Shown here: one piece after another, positions 17,870-27,934 of the stretch | Layout of the letters: each line of letters begins with the position of its first letter | How positions within the stretch are numbered: position 1 is the stretch's first letter | IMG/VR virus record: IMGVR_UViG_3300020473_000020 | Span: 1-64,000 of that record | Source: a virus | DNA: 64,000 nt | Strand: one strand, 5' to 3' | The notes under the pieces: model-generated | What the model saw: the letters and a program-made list of their open reading frames with translations, nothing else | What the model was told of the DNA's origin: nothing | The model's database searches: none | Position numbers and translations under genes: made by a program

Positions 17870-18018
17870 TGGGAATGTTACGCGTTGTCTGCTGGTGGAA
17901 GTGTTGAGTCGTGCACAATACGCGCGGCGCGCTTACTCACAAGTCCAACAAAATACATGAGTGGATGCGCAAGTACATTGTGTACAAACCAGTTCTTATA
18001 CAGCTTCTTCATCGCGAG

Positions 18019-19194
18019 CTACCCTATGATCACGTGTGGCACAAAGCGTGACGTATCTTTTGTCACAGCGGTATCATCTTCACGGATAGTAAGGCCACAG
18101 GCTTTATCGCCAATGACCCACGAACCGATTAGGGTGTAGTCGTCACCGAATTTAGGCAATGAGTAGAACTTTTGAGCAACCATAGTGTGGTTACCGTAGT
18201 CACCCTCAACGGCTTCGACAACCTCGCCTGAGTCCAAGATCGTGATATTTGCGCCCTCACGGCTGTGTACAGGCTTAGTCACAAAGTGGTCACCTAAATC
18301 CTCTTTCTCTTCGCCCACGAAGTACGCTGGCAGAAGGTTAGGGTGGTTCGGGTAACGCTCCCACAACAACGGTAGGATCCCTTTGTTTAATAGCACTTTC
18401 CATGGCGGCTCGAAGAAGTGCATGTCTACGAGGCTCAGGTATTTACCGTAAGTATCTTCGAATGCGTGTTCCCATGGGTACAGCATGAAAAGGTTACGGA
18501 TAATGTTGTGCTCTAAGTCCGTGAAGCATGTCTCAGGCTCGAAGGCTAGGCCAATATCGTCAACGTAGATAAACGCTGTCTGTAGCCCCGCTTGGTGGGC
18601 ACAATCACGTAAGTAGTCAACGGTGGCCTTATCTTCTGATGAGCCTTTACAGCTTGCAAAGTACATGACGGTCTCTTTGTCTTCCATGTCTTCATAGATG
18701 GCATAGAAACGGTCAATCAACTTCTCTTGGATGCTATTGAATTGGTCAGTTGACGCAGGCAATTTGCCCGCGTCCACCTGCTCTTGAAGCCAGACCCACT
18801 GGAAGTAGGCCGCTTCGTAGATAGAGGTTGGTGTCTGACCATTCATTTCAAGTAGCTTAGGCGGGTTTTTGCCATCATACGCAAAGTCCATACGACCATA
18901 TAGCGTCTTGTCTTGCTTTTTCCAGCTGCGTTTAACCCACGTACGTAGATTGTGTGGAACTTCAAGCTTATCAAGTAGCTCGTCGCTCTGTACCACTTCA
19001 TCAACCAGTTTAAGGAACATTTGATTGATCTCGTTCGTAGCAGCTTCGAGGTGTTCTTCGATCTGCTTTAACGTGAACTGGTAGTAGCGGCTCTCATCCC
19101 AATAGACTTCACCATCAATTGTATGGAAGTTAAAGCCCAGCTTTTTAGCCAATTCGTCTAAATGTGGTCGTACGGTTGAATCTCTGCGTATCAT
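18019..19194 (-). CDS. yjfC: Glutathionylspermidine synthase family ATP-grasp ligase (YjfC/YgiC-like)
   Basis: YWDESRYY, LYGRMDF, KLLEMNGQTPTS, QFNSIQEKL, LYPWE, EPPWK, SREGANI, IGSW, FVPH. Confidence 0.9.
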   Translation of the reverse strand: MIRRDSTVRPHLDELAKKLGFNFHTIDGEVYWDESRYYQFTLKQIEEHLEAATNEINQMFLKLVDEVVQSDELLDKLEVPHNLRTWVKRSWKKQDKTLYGRMDFAYDGKNPPKLLEMNGQTPTSIYEAAYFQWVWLQEQVDAGKLPASTDQFNSIQEKLIDRFYAIYEDMEDKETVMYFASCKGSSEDKATVDYLRDCAHQAGLQTAFIYVDDIGLAFEPETCFTDLEHNIIRNLFMLYPWEHAFEDTYGKYLSLVDMHFFEPPWKVLLNKGILPLLWERYPNHPNLLPAYFVGEEKEDLGDHFVTKPVHSREGANITILDSGEVVEAVEGDYGNHTMVAQKFYSLPKFGDDYTLIGSWVIGDKACGLTIREDDTAVTKDTSRFVPHVIIG

Positions 19195-19200
19195 GTCTAA

Positions 19201-19743
19201 TTAGCCCCCGAAGCCACCGCGTGCTGAGAAGCCACCGCGTGATAATGTAACCGCCTTTGATGACGCTGTTGATGGTGCACTTGCGCGCACTGTCGAACGG
19301 CTCATTGTCACTGGGCGGCCTACGTTGTGAACTTTACCGATTGAAGAACCTGCACCCGTGATGAACGTGTAGCGGTCTTTCTTCGTTGTGTAAAGAGGAC
19401 GGTAGGTGTATGACGACGAACGACGACCGTCGCTGTCAAGCATGTTTGCTACCATGAAGCCTGCCATGAATGGCACAAAGCTGTTACTGCTGCTACCTGA
19501 GCCAGATTGGCACTGGCCAACACCGAAGTCGGTTTCGCAGGCTGCTTTGTTTGTGTACTTCACTTCTTTAAGCGCTTCTTGTTCAGCCTTCTTATATGCG
19601 GCCTCACACGTTGAATCAGCGACTTTATCAGACGCCTTACACTGTTCTAACGATTTGAAGGTTAGAACCTCTTCTTGTGATCCGCAGCCAGCTAGTGCTG
19701 AGGTACCCATTAGGGCAAGTGTTAGCTGTAGAGAACGTTTCAT
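19201..19743 (-). CDS. DUF1190 lipoprotein (YjfM/YgiB-like)
   Basis: Lipobox LAGC, CETDFGVGQC, PFMAGFM, C-terminal RGGF repeats. Confidence 0.85.
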   Translation of the reverse strand: MKRSLQLTLALMGTSALAGCGSQEEVLTFKSLEQCKASDKVADSTCEAAYKKAEQEALKEVKYTNKAACETDFGVGQCQSGSGSSSNSFVPFMAGFMVANMLDSDGRRSSSYTYRPLYTTKKDRYTFITGAGSSIGKVHNVGRPVTMSRSTVRASAPSTASSKAVTLSRGGFSARGGFGG

Positions 19744-19757
19744 AGCGTTCTACCCCC

Positions 19758-20171
19758 TTACCCGTTCATGCTTGATGCGTTGATCAAACCAATGATTACT
19801 GAGATACCACCAAGGAAGATACCCGCTTGTACTTCTTGGTTCTTGATGCGTTGTACTAGGTCTGGCAGAGGTAAGCGGATCGCTGTGAACACTGCAAGTT
19901 GTACAAGACAGGCTACGATACCCCAAACTACGAAGTCTGCTAAAGCAACTGAGTTGTTCATAGCTGACATAAGTGGAATGGTGAAACCTGCGATAGCACC
20001 TACGTACGCGATTGATGCTGCTGTGTTATGGTTTTTCTTGATCTCTGTCCACTCGCAGTATGGCGTTACGCGTGAGTATACGAACGAGAATACAACGATC
20101 ATGGCAATTGCCACAGAGAAGTAAAGTGCGAAGTGTGGTAAGCCCGCTAGGCTCTTTTGAATTAATTCCAT
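19758..20171 (-). CDS. yjfL: DUF350 membrane protein (YjfL-like)
   Basis: Four TM helices, YSRVTPY.E..I..HNTAA, INASSM. Confidence 0.85.
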   Translation of the reverse strand: MELIQKSLAGLPHFALYFSVAIAMIVVFSFVYSRVTPYCEWTEIKKNHNTAASIAYVGAIAGFTIPLMSAMNNSVALADFVVWGIVACLVQLAVFTAIRLPLPDLVQRIKNQEVQAGIFLGGISVIIGLINASSMNG

Positions 20172-20206
20172 TATCTTAGTCTCAATTAGTTTTTAATGGT
20201 TGTGAT

Positions 20207-20902
20207 TTAAAGCTGCTCGGCCAGTTTTGACACGCGCAGGTCGGTTGAATTAACGTGTTTGCCCAATGCGATACTGAATAGCACTTCATTGCTGCCATGG
20301 TCTTCAAGCGCTGTTAATAGCAGCTCGTGGGTACCATCAGACAACTCACGGCTAAATAGCATCATGTGGTTGTACACGTTGTAGTTTTTACCCTCGGAAT
20401 TATCAATGTCCTCGTCAACTTCGGCTAAGGTAGCCAATCCGTTGTGGTCATCTTCAAATACACGATTGTAAACTTGGCCGCCGTATTCATACGTCGTTGC
20501 ACGCATCTTTAACGTCGCTTCTTCAATCGCAGCTTCGCTGTGACAAGGATGTGACGCATCGTATGAGAACAATGTAAGCTCTTCCACGTTATCAACGTGA
20601 GGATTGCCCGTATAAATAACTTGAATAAGAACGTCTGCACTTGCGTAGAAGCGTTCCATTACACGACCGAAGCCTAGTTCAGCTTTTGATACAGCTTGGA
20701 TTGATAGGTGCTCAGGGCAGTTATCAATGTTCAGCTCATCTTTAAGCCACAGGATGTCCGTTGTATTAACGTCAACCTGCTTGCCCAATGCCAAGCCAAA
20801 GAGAGGCGCTGGGACTTCATTTCGCGGCTGTGGTTTATCATCAAAGGACGCCATGGCGGCGTCCTTCTTGATCCCAAGCCAAAGTAGGATCTTTTTCCAC
20901 AT
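20207..20902 (-). CDS. DUF2491 protein (YjfK-like)
   Basis: Operon position; FGLALG, ERFY, MMLFSRE pattern. Confidence 0.7.
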   Translation of the reverse strand: MWKKILLWLGIKKDAAMASFDDKPQPRNEVPAPLFGLALGKQVDVNTTDILWLKDELNIDNCPEHLSIQAVSKAELGFGRVMERFYASADVLIQVIYTGNPHVDNVEELTLFSYDASHPCHSEAAIEEATLKMRATTYEYGGQVYNRVFEDDHNGLATLAEVDEDIDNSEGKNYNVYNHMMLFSRELSDGTHELLLTALEDHGSNEVLFSIALGKHVNSTDLRVSKLAEQL

Positions 20903-21567
20903 TACGATAGCTCAGCTAGTAAGTCTTTTTGGCTCTTACCACCAGTGCGGTCAAGCTCTGCGAATTGCGCGTCAAGGTCACGTGCTGAGTCTAGCTCTTT
21001 AGACGCATCAAGCTTGTCTTGGCGCTTCTGCTGGATCTCTTTAGCACGACTTAGACTTGAAGCTGCATTAGACGTGTTGTTGTGTACAGCGTGAGAAGCT
21101 GACGCTAGGCTCTCGCGTACATCAAGGATTGCGTCTTGTGCTTTAAGCTCTTCAAGCTCAATGCCACGCGCTTCGATTTGCGCAGTTAGATTGTCGTAGT
21201 CGCGGTCTAGCGTAGCGATAGACTCAGATACAGAATCGAAGATTTTTTGCTGTGCTTCAAGCTGCGTCTGTGCTTTTTGCATTTCGCCCAGTGCTTTCAT
21301 TGCAAGCTCTTCGTTACCTGAATCACGTGCTTGGATTGCGCGTGCTTTGAACTTTGCAGCTGACTCAGTGAACTCAGCTACTTTGCGCTCTGCTTCGCGA
21401 CGTTTAGCACCGAACTCGATACGAGTGCCATCTGTCTTAGCAAGTGCTGCACGGTCATCGCGTAGTGCTTGCTCTGTTTGCGCAATAATCGTTTCTTGGT
21501 CTAACGCGTCTTCTAAATCGTGTTTAGCTTTACGGCCAAGTGTGAAAAGTTTTTTAAGTAATGACAT
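20902..21567 (-). CDS. PspA/IM30 family protein (YjfJ-like)
   Basis: MSLLKKLFT amphipathic start, EQALRD, long coiled coil. Confidence 0.85.
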   Translation of the reverse strand: MSLLKKLFTLGRKAKHDLEDALDQETIIAQTEQALRDDRAALAKTDGTRIEFGAKRREAERKVAEFTESAAKFKARAIQARDSGNEELAMKALGEMQKAQTQLEAQQKIFDSVSESIATLDRDYDNLTAQIEARGIELEELKAQDAILDVRESLASASHAVHNNTSNAASSLSRAKEIQQKRQDKLDASKELDSARDLDAQFAELDRTGGKSQKDLLAELS

Positions 21568-21581
21568 ATCAATCCTACCTC

Positions 21582-21989
21582 TTATGCGGAAAGTTCGTCT
21601 TGGATAAGCTCAGCTACATTGAGCGCATTAACAGCAAGTAAGTTGACTTCTAGTGCTACGTTCGACAGCTTTGATGTTGACGAAAGCGCACCGAATACAA
21701 CGTAGTTGTCTTCACCATTGATGGTTTCAATTGCGATTGAGCTTAAAGGGAGTGGCTTCTGTAAGCGCATGAACGCATCGTTAGCTGCATTCACGTCGGC
21801 TACGTTTGCCGTTGGACAAATCACAATCTCAGCTGTGATCTGCTTATCGCCAACAGTGGCAATAACTGATAAGTCACCGTATTGAGGTAAGTTGAATGAA
21901 ATTACACTGCCATGGATGACAACGTCACTACCGATTGTTTCAAGTAGCTCAGCAACTTCTTTTACGGACAACACATTATTCTCAGACAT
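21582..21989 (-). CDS. DUF2170 protein (YjfI-like)
   Basis: YGDL, PLSSIAI, YVVFGALS motifs; first gene of the yjf-like operon. Confidence 0.8.
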   Translation of the reverse strand: MSENNVLSVKEVAELLETIGSDVVIHGSVISFNLPQYGDLSVIATVGDKQITAEIVICPTANVADVNAANDAFMRLQKPLPLSSIAIETINGEDNYVVFGALSSTSKLSNVALEVNLLAVNALNVAELIQDELSA

Positions 21990-22221
21990 AATGATGTTCC
22001 TTAGTTTTTAATATCTATGTATCGATCAATGCTTCTCATTGAGGAAGCGATGCACACTGTACACGCAAAAACGCGTAGTTGTAAAGCGCAAAATGTCTCT
22101 GTTGCAGTAATTTTCGTAATTAATTTTTAATCAGTATGATTAGCGTACAGGGTTGTACAATGGCGTGCGTTTGCCCACGCCTTGTGATTGATATGTAAGA
22201 ACTTTAGCGAACTTGCTGGGC

Positions 22222-22830
22222 TTAGTAGTTTGGCGCGCCACAGTGCGAGCATGATGAGTAGTAATCGCTTTCTCTGATGAATTTACCACACGCGATGCAA
22301 TTGAATTTTTGTTTCGGCGGTAGTGGGTCGGGCTTTTTAAGAATGAAGCCATGAGCCTTAAATAGCTCGTCTTGCCTAGCAGGCAGAACTGACACAGTAC
22401 GACGTACTAACGGGAGCAGGTCATCATAGCGATAGCTCGTATAGTACTCATTGGTTGTACAACGCTCGATAGCTTCGTCACGTGTAAACACCTGCGCTAA
22501 GTTAAAATCGTAGGTACGGCCGACATTAGACAAGAATTGCAGGTCGTTTCCATCGTAGTCGTTACCTGTGCGAATTAGGAACCTATCGCCCGCAAGGCTC
22601 TGTTCAGGGGCGCACTGCATATCTATACGCTCGCGACTCGATTCCATTAACGCATCAAGAGGTAAGGGGACGTCTGTTTCACGGCAGCTGTGCTGACGTT
22701 GAGCACGCTCGTGCGTAAAGTGCTCGGCCTCAAGCAGGTTACTTGTGTAGCAGCCGCCTTTTTTCCAGAACATGGCGTTAGTGCCCGTATTGCTGCGGGT
22801 ATCACGTAGTACAAAGATGGCCTCTTTCAT
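22222..22830 (-). CDS. Hypothetical phage protein with C-terminal Zn ribbon
   Basis: Internally repeated GN..F..G.T.(N/D)L..A..FT module; CxxC..CxxC. Confidence 0.6.
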   Translation of the reverse strand: MKEAIFVLRDTRSNTGTNAMFWKKGGCYTSNLLEAEHFTHERAQRQHSCRETDVPLPLDALMESSRERIDMQCAPEQSLAGDRFLIRTGNDYDGNDLQFLSNVGRTYDFNLAQVFTRDEAIERCTTNEYYTSYRYDDLLPLVRRTVSVLPARQDELFKAHGFILKKPDPLPPKQKFNCIACGKFIRESDYYSSCSHCGAPNY

Positions 22831-23324
22831 CAGACGTCACCTACTGGCAGGGTAAACCGTGCGCGGTAGTCTTCAAGTATTCCGCCATAGCGTCTGAGTT
22901 GATCTTGCGTCAAATTATCAAGCACCTGACATTGTAGTGTTCTATCCCAAATGCAGAAGCATAGATAAGGTTTCCCCTCTCGCTCACGGCTGACGACAAG
23001 ATGACTTGTGCTGCGGCTGCCATAGAGTTCAACAGCGCACTCGCTAAGGTCAAGCGTACCAAGGTCTAGCTCCTGTACTTGGTCGTCGAATGTAAGGTCG
23101 GGGATGATCGAGTAGCGCTTACCCGACTTTAGGTATGAGCGCACGGCGGCTGTCGCGCGGACAATGGCTTCTTTCTCGGCGGTGCCGTATGTATGCTCAA
23201 CCGATATGATGGGCATACCGTCAATGTGAATCGTCGGGAAAGTTGTTGCATAGTGTTTACCTGCGCCACTGACTAGCGGGTAGGCCACACTGTCGATAGT
23301 TATTTCGTTCGGGCTTGTGCTCAT
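22830..23324 (-). CDS. Hypothetical protein
   Basis: ORF with GAGG SD downstream of a promoter. Confidence 0.55.
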   Translation of the reverse strand: MSTSPNEITIDSVAYPLVSGAGKHYATTFPTIHIDGMPIISVEHTYGTAEKEAIVRATAAVRSYLKSGKRYSIIPDLTFDDQVQELDLGTLDLSECAVELYGSRSTSHLVVSREREGKPYLCFCIWDRTLQCQVLDNLTQDQLRRYGGILEDYRARFTLPVGDV

Positions 23325-23357
23325 AACGCACCTCAGTCTCGTTTATTGTACAACGAT

Positions 23358-23386
23358 ACTATACGTTGTATTAGACTGCGGTGCAA
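23358..23386 (-). promoter_or_regulatory. Sigma70-type phage promoter
   Basis: TTGCAC-CGCAG..17 bp-TATAGT, with TTGTACAA at the +1 region. Confidence 0.65.
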
Positions 23387-23397
23387 TCTTTTATGCG

Positions 23398-23685
23398 CTA
23401 TTCTTTGCCGTTGGAGAAGAAGTCCATCAGCTCTGTAAAGCTGGCCAAGCACTCTTCCTTTAACACCACAGGGTGAAGGTTTAGACCAAACTCAGCGGAC
23501 ACCTCATCAACGATAGCTTGCGTGTCTTGCTGGTTGATGCCGTACGAGGAAAGGCCATGGGTGATGGTTACGTGGGCAACGCCTAGACGGCGCATTAACG
23601 CACGGTAGGCTGCTTCCTCAATTGCGTTATACAACGCTTCACCCGCTTCCATATACTCCTGCATCTTCGATTCCATGTACCCCAT
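23398..23685 (-). CDS. Hypothetical protein (possible degenerate ACP-like fold)
   Basis: LSSYGIN..IVDEVSAEFGL pattern; adjacent to the ACP-domain gene. Confidence 0.45.
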   Translation of the reverse strand: MGYMESKMQEYMEAGEALYNAIEEAAYRALMRRLGVAHVTITHGLSSYGINQQDTQAIVDEVSAEFGLNLHPVVLKEECLASFTELMDFFSNGKE

Positions 23686-23688
23686 AGT

Positions 23689-24162
23689 TTACCTCAGCTC
23701 TCGGATTATTTTGACGATGTCGTAGACTGTTTCGGCCTGCTCAGCTGCCTGTTTAGTGATTTCGATATTAAAATGCTCTTCTAGATGGAAAAGTGCTTCG
23801 ATTCTATCAAGAGAGTCCATCCCTAATTGAGTGAAGTTTGTCGTCCCTACGATTAGGTGTGGCTTTAGCTGCGCGTGCTCGCTAAGAATGCTGACGACCT
23901 CGTTGTGAAGCATGCAGGTAGGCGACTTTACAGGTACGATAGGCTTGGCACGTGAACTTACGTAGGCATCGATCAGGCTGTCTGCATAGTTATTCTTAGC
24001 GTCGGCGCTCTGGTAGATCGTGAAAGCACCTAGCTCCCCTTTCTTGTGATAGATATAGCCTGCGCCATCTGTGTTGCTTTCTAAAATTAGTGTCTCTGCC
24101 AATTGCGGTACGACTTGGATCCGCCCATCAACAATGCCACCCATAAATAAAACGTTGTGCAT
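23689..24162 (-). CDS. Protein with C-terminal acyl carrier protein domain
   Basis: LGMDSLDRIE..LEEHFNIEI..A....TVYDIV. Confidence 0.8.
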   Translation of the reverse strand: MHNVLFMGGIVDGRIQVVPQLAETLILESNTDGAGYIYHKKGELGAFTIYQSADAKNNYADSLIDAYVSSRAKPIVPVKSPTCMLHNEVVSILSEHAQLKPHLIVGTTNFTQLGMDSLDRIEALFHLEEHFNIEITKQAAEQAETVYDIVKIIRELR

Positions 24163-24259
24163 CGGTTAGTCTCTCTGTCTCAGTTAGTGCTCGCTAAATA
24201 ACGAGCCATCGTTGAGTTTCCATACTAGACCGACTTCTTTGAAATGTTAAGTAAATTCA

Positions 24260-24541
24260 CTAACTTTTGCTGCGGGCTAGGTTTTCTTGACGACGCTTGT
24301 GTCGGTCGTAAACGGTCTTCATTGAATACGGCCAACAGACTGCATGGAAGGCCACGCCTAATGTTACTGTGGTGCTTGACTCATCACGTAAGCGCATAGG
24401 TCGTCCCATGCTGTTTATCACAAACATGAGCAGGGCACACCATGTCAAGCTAACCGTTGTATAACTCACTGCGCCTATTTTAACTGCTATTTCTAATCCA
24501 CTATAGATAAGTTGTAAATCCATTGCTAAACCTTGTCTCAT
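24260..24541 (-). CDS. Small membrane protein
   Basis: Two hydrophobic segments. Confidence 0.5.
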   Translation of the reverse strand: MRQGLAMDLQLIYSGLEIAVKIGAVSYTTVSLTWCALLMFVINSMGRPMRLRDESSTTVTLGVAFHAVCWPYSMKTVYDRHKRRQENLARSKS

Positions 24542-24719
24542 TCTTCATTCGGTACCCGCACGTCACTCGGGGCATAATCAGACTCGCTAAAATCGTGTAC
24601 AATGTCAACACCCAATCTTTGACTTTTTCCCTGCATGGTAGTGTGTTACCATCGCTCGCAATTGAACTTCGATGCGCCGACTTAATGTCAATGGTGCGAT
24701 ACAACATGAGTGACTATAG

Positions 24720-25166
24720 ATGACACCTAAATATACCCTTGGGCAAGTGCTCGAACACCGCAACGGCGGCCGTTATAGCATTGTTGAGCTACCCAACGAA
24801 AACAAGCTTTTAGAAGACTGTGCCTTACCTTTCTACGGCTATCAGTGCCTTGAATCAAATACAATCTGGCACCGTCGTATTGACCACATGGAAGACGGGC
24901 GCTTTACACCTGTTGACGTGGCGCTTTACCCGCTTGTGACCTTTAAGGCGCTTGAAAGCGATACTGCACGCTGGGAATGGCTCAAGAACAATCATGACAA
25001 TCGCTTAACGGTTGTACTCAAAGCAGACGAGACCTTTGTTGTCGATGTTGCATGCCATGACCCTGACCATGGTGACGCCACTGCAAGTTTTGACGCATTT
25101 GTTGGCCGTAACGAGGGTATTGCCGCCTTAATTGAAGAGCTTGGCATTCCTTGCAAGTTTGACTAA
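24720..25166 (+). CDS. Hypothetical protein (DUF1653-like N-terminus)
   Basis: HRNGGRY..Y......IWHR....EDGRF. Confidence 0.55.
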   Translation: MTPKYTLGQVLEHRNGGRYSIVELPNENKLLEDCALPFYGYQCLESNTIWHRRIDHMEDGRFTPVDVALYPLVTFKALESDTARWEWLKNNHDNRLTVVLKADETFVVDVACHDPDHGDATASFDAFVGRNEGIAALIEELGIPCKFD

Positions 25167-25176
25167 TCACCTAATA

Positions 25177-25205
25177 GAAAAGGGAAGCGCTGTGACTTCC
25201 CTTTT
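25177..25205. terminator. Bidirectional intrinsic terminator
   Basis: GAAAAGGGAAG..CTTCCCTTTTC between convergent genes. Confidence 0.75.
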
Positions 25206-25211
25206 CTATTT

Positions 25212-25499
25212 TTAGTACGCGTCGTCGTCTTCACGAATATAGTAGTTATCGAACATCGACCACCGATAAAACGGCTCGTCCAATTTGTCCTCTATCATCG
25301 TATCTGACCAGTTCTCGATCTCACCCAGCGTGATGCCTAATGGTGCCGTCTCGTTAACAAAGTTCTCGACGCTATAGTCATGCTCGCCTGTTGCGTTATC
25401 AAGGTCTCTGTAGCGCTTCTGGCTTAACAGTGCATCAATTTCCAGTATACGTGTTATCGCATCCTGACGTGTGACGTATTGTGTTGATTTTATACCCAT
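25212..25499 (-). CDS. Hypothetical protein
   Basis: ORF. Confidence 0.55.
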   Translation of the reverse strand: MGIKSTQYVTRQDAITRILEIDALLSQKRYRDLDNATGEHDYSVENFVNETAPLGITLGEIENWSDTMIEDKLDEPFYRWSMFDNYYIREDDDAY

Positions 25500-25545
25500 G
25501 AGCAGCCCCTGTGCTTAGCTAGAGCTGCTATTGTTTGGAGTACGG

Positions 25546-26067
25546 TTACTTAATCGCTAAGTACTTACCGTCTTCCATATCAGCAACTAGCTGGTCAATT
25601 TTGTCTTGGTAAACCTTCTTAACGCTCGCTTTCTTTTTATCGTTGCGCTTAAATTTAAGGGCATTGATAACTTTCGTCGTTAATAGTTTAGGATCCATAT
25701 TCTTACCGTTTTCACGGCGTTCAAGGTTGTAAAGAATGTCTTCTACAACTGTGTCGATTTGTGAGCGGGCAGTTGCTTCACTGATTGGGTCATCTTGCAG
25801 CGCTTCGCTTTCTTCTACGCGTAGTAGGATCTTGTCAGCGCGTGACAGCATTGATTCATTTTTAAGAATGTTTTCCATCCACTCACGCCACGTTTTTTCC
25901 GTAACGTCAGGGTTTAGGGTACCCATTGAATCTGGCTCTTGCGCAGCTTTCCACGCTTCTTTCCACTTACCACGGCGGGCAAGGTCTTTTGCTTTTAAGT
26001 GGCTGCTTTGCTTAGTACCTTCTTCAAGGCTTAATAAATTCTCAGTAGTCATGTCACAGTGTCCCAA
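25546..26067 (-). CDS. Hypothetical protein, candidate internal head protein
   Basis: LEE/NES/ISEA sites and internal SRADKILL motif. Confidence 0.55.
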   Translation of the reverse strand: MGHCDMTTENLLSLEEGTKQSSHLKAKDLARRGKWKEAWKAAQEPDSMGTLNPDVTEKTWREWMENILKNESMLSRADKILLRVEESEALQDDPISEATARSQIDTVVEDILYNLERRENGKNMDPKLLTTKVINALKFKRNDKKKASVKKVYQDKIDQLVADMEDGKYLAIK

Positions 26068-26127
26068 TTAGAGTGTTGTACAAAAGTAAAGAACCCATTG
26101 TACAACACTTAACTCAGTGAGACCAAC

Positions 26128-26601
26128 CTAGGCACCGCAGCACTTTTTGTACTTCTTACCTGAGCGGCATGTGCAGGGTTCGTTACGCCCAATCTTACGG
26201 CCTTGGTGAACAAACGGCTTACGCTCGAACTCGCCCGCAAAATCATCCGTCATACGCTTAGTAAGCTGTGACGGCTCGCCTTTAATCCACTTACCGTCAG
26301 GGTCGTAGGCATGGTAGAAGTCTGGCTCAACGTCGACCATAGGCTGGCCGTCATCCATTGAGTGCGGGTTGTATTTATTCAGCTCATTACCACAGCTTTC
26401 ACAGTACCACGCGAGTGAGCCTCTGTTCCAGCTAGACGCGCCGTTCTTCTGGCATTGGGTAATGTTACAATCACCCCCTTTGCGCCCTTTCATTGGATTA
26501 CGATCAGCTAGTTCGTACATTGCGCTATGACGGTCGCCACTACTCGCAAACTCGATAGTACGTGGGTCGACAAAGGTATCGTTCTTATTAGACTTTGACA
26601 T
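26128..26601 (-). CDS. SEC-C motif protein
   Basis: C-terminal [18 protein letters not shown]; additional CxxxxC..CxxC. Confidence 0.85.
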   Translation of the reverse strand: MSKSNKNDTFVDPRTIEFASSGDRHSAMYELADRNPMKGRKGGDCNITQCQKNGASSWNRGSLAWYCESCGNELNKYNPHSMDDGQPMVDVEPDFYHAYDPDGKWIKGEPSQLTKRMTDDFAGEFERKPFVHQGRKIGRNEPCTCRSGKKYKKCCGA

Positions 26602-27554
26602 TACGCATCGTCCTCTGCTTCTGTTTGAATAAAGCTAAAGGTAGGCCACAAGATGTCACCGTTAACCTCTGAGCTTAGTAAGCCTGAGAATATGCGATAG
26701 TTCTTACTGACGCTTAGGTCTTTGTAGTTAACGACAGCAATGTGACGACTAAAGTTACCGACGTAAGCTGGGCGGGGCTGGTGTACATAAAAATCACGGA
26801 TCCAACCCTCAACCTCTACTTGGTGACCCGAGCCACAACGCTTTAATGCCATGATGTTACTCAAGTAGGCTGTATCAGCTTCTTTGCCTGCATGCAGGTT
26901 ATCGGCAATGTCTTGTAGATTTGCTACAACGGCGGCGACCTTCGCTAGGTATTCAACAAGCACAGCGCTCTTGTCTTTGAAGATGTCTGATAGTGCCGAT
27001 AACTTATTGCGGAACAAGAACCAGTCATCAGGTGTACCACGGAACATGACCGACGGAAATCCACATAACAACATACTGTAGCTGTAGTAAGGTGATACCG
27101 TATCAAGGAACGTAGCAAGGTGTGCGAACGTGGCTGCATCGCTGGTCGTTGTAAACTCAGGGATGAAAGCCGATGTATCTGTCGGTACTAGCTTCTTTAA
27201 TTCAGCTGATACGCCGTAAATTAAGTGATGCGCTTTACAACCGACCACCGTAATTTCTACTGTTTCATCTGACGTACTAAACAGGTCTCGGAAGTGCTCA
27301 GGGTTATCGCGTACAACAATCGCAATCTCAGAGGCCACCATGTTCCACAAGTAGTCTGGCTTTATGACGAAGCCTAGGTGGTTATTCCATGCCTCGGCAA
27401 GATAGCCCAAATAGTTATCATGACCTACGGTGCCTCGTAAGGTGTGGTACACAACAGGTGAATTAGCATCGTATTCGGCTAAGTATTCTGTTAGTGGTCG
27501 AAGTTTCTCTTGGTCACCCAAGCGCTCTAATGTAGGGTCTAATATGACGTGCAT
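26601..27554 (-). CDS. DUF4419-like protein
   Basis: AWNNH..IKPDYLW, FTTT, YYSY..CGFPSV..GTPDDW, GWI. Confidence 0.75.
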   Translation of the reverse strand: MHVILDPTLERLGDQEKLRPLTEYLAEYDANSPVVYHTLRGTVGHDNYLGYLAEAWNNHLGFVIKPDYLWNMVASEIAIVVRDNPEHFRDLFSTSDETVEITVVGCKAHHLIYGVSAELKKLVPTDTSAFIPEFTTTSDAATFAHLATFLDTVSPYYSYSMLLCGFPSVMFRGTPDDWFLFRNKLSALSDIFKDKSAVLVEYLAKVAAVVANLQDIADNLHAGKEADTAYLSNIMALKRCGSGHQVEVEGWIRDFYVHQPRPAYVGNFSRHIAVVNYKDLSVSKNYRIFSGLLSSEVNGDILWPTFSFIQTEAEDDA

Positions 27555-27724
27555 CAGTTAGCTTCCTTTATCGGTTAGTATCAGTGTTTCGTTTGAGCGG
27601 CTAATGTACTGCATAAAACCCTGCCGCGCAACCACTTATAATCCGTTGTACAATGATATTTAACTTGCCCTAAAGACACCCAGCGGTTATATTGTCGCCG
27701 AATTTTGATACTTGAGATACAACG

Positions 27725-27934
27725 ATGCAGAAAGATAATCCTCCTGTAGACCGTCGAACGCGCATACCTATTTGCCCTAAGTGTGATGCTGAAATCACAG
27801 GCAAAGGACATGGCTACGGTCAGCAATCATACGTTTGCTCGAACTGTAATAGTTGGGGCGCATGGTCAGACCGTAAAACGATACGCAATCCAGCAAACCC
27901 TAAGAAGAGGGCAGCTAAGCGGGGGAGTGTATGA
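27725..27934 (+). CDS. Small Zn-ribbon protein
   Basis: CPKC..YVCSNC; overlaps the channel start. Confidence 0.55.
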   Translation: MQKDNPPVDRRTRIPICPKCDAEITGKGHGYGQQSYVCSNCNSWGAWSDRKTIRNPANPKKRAAKRGSV

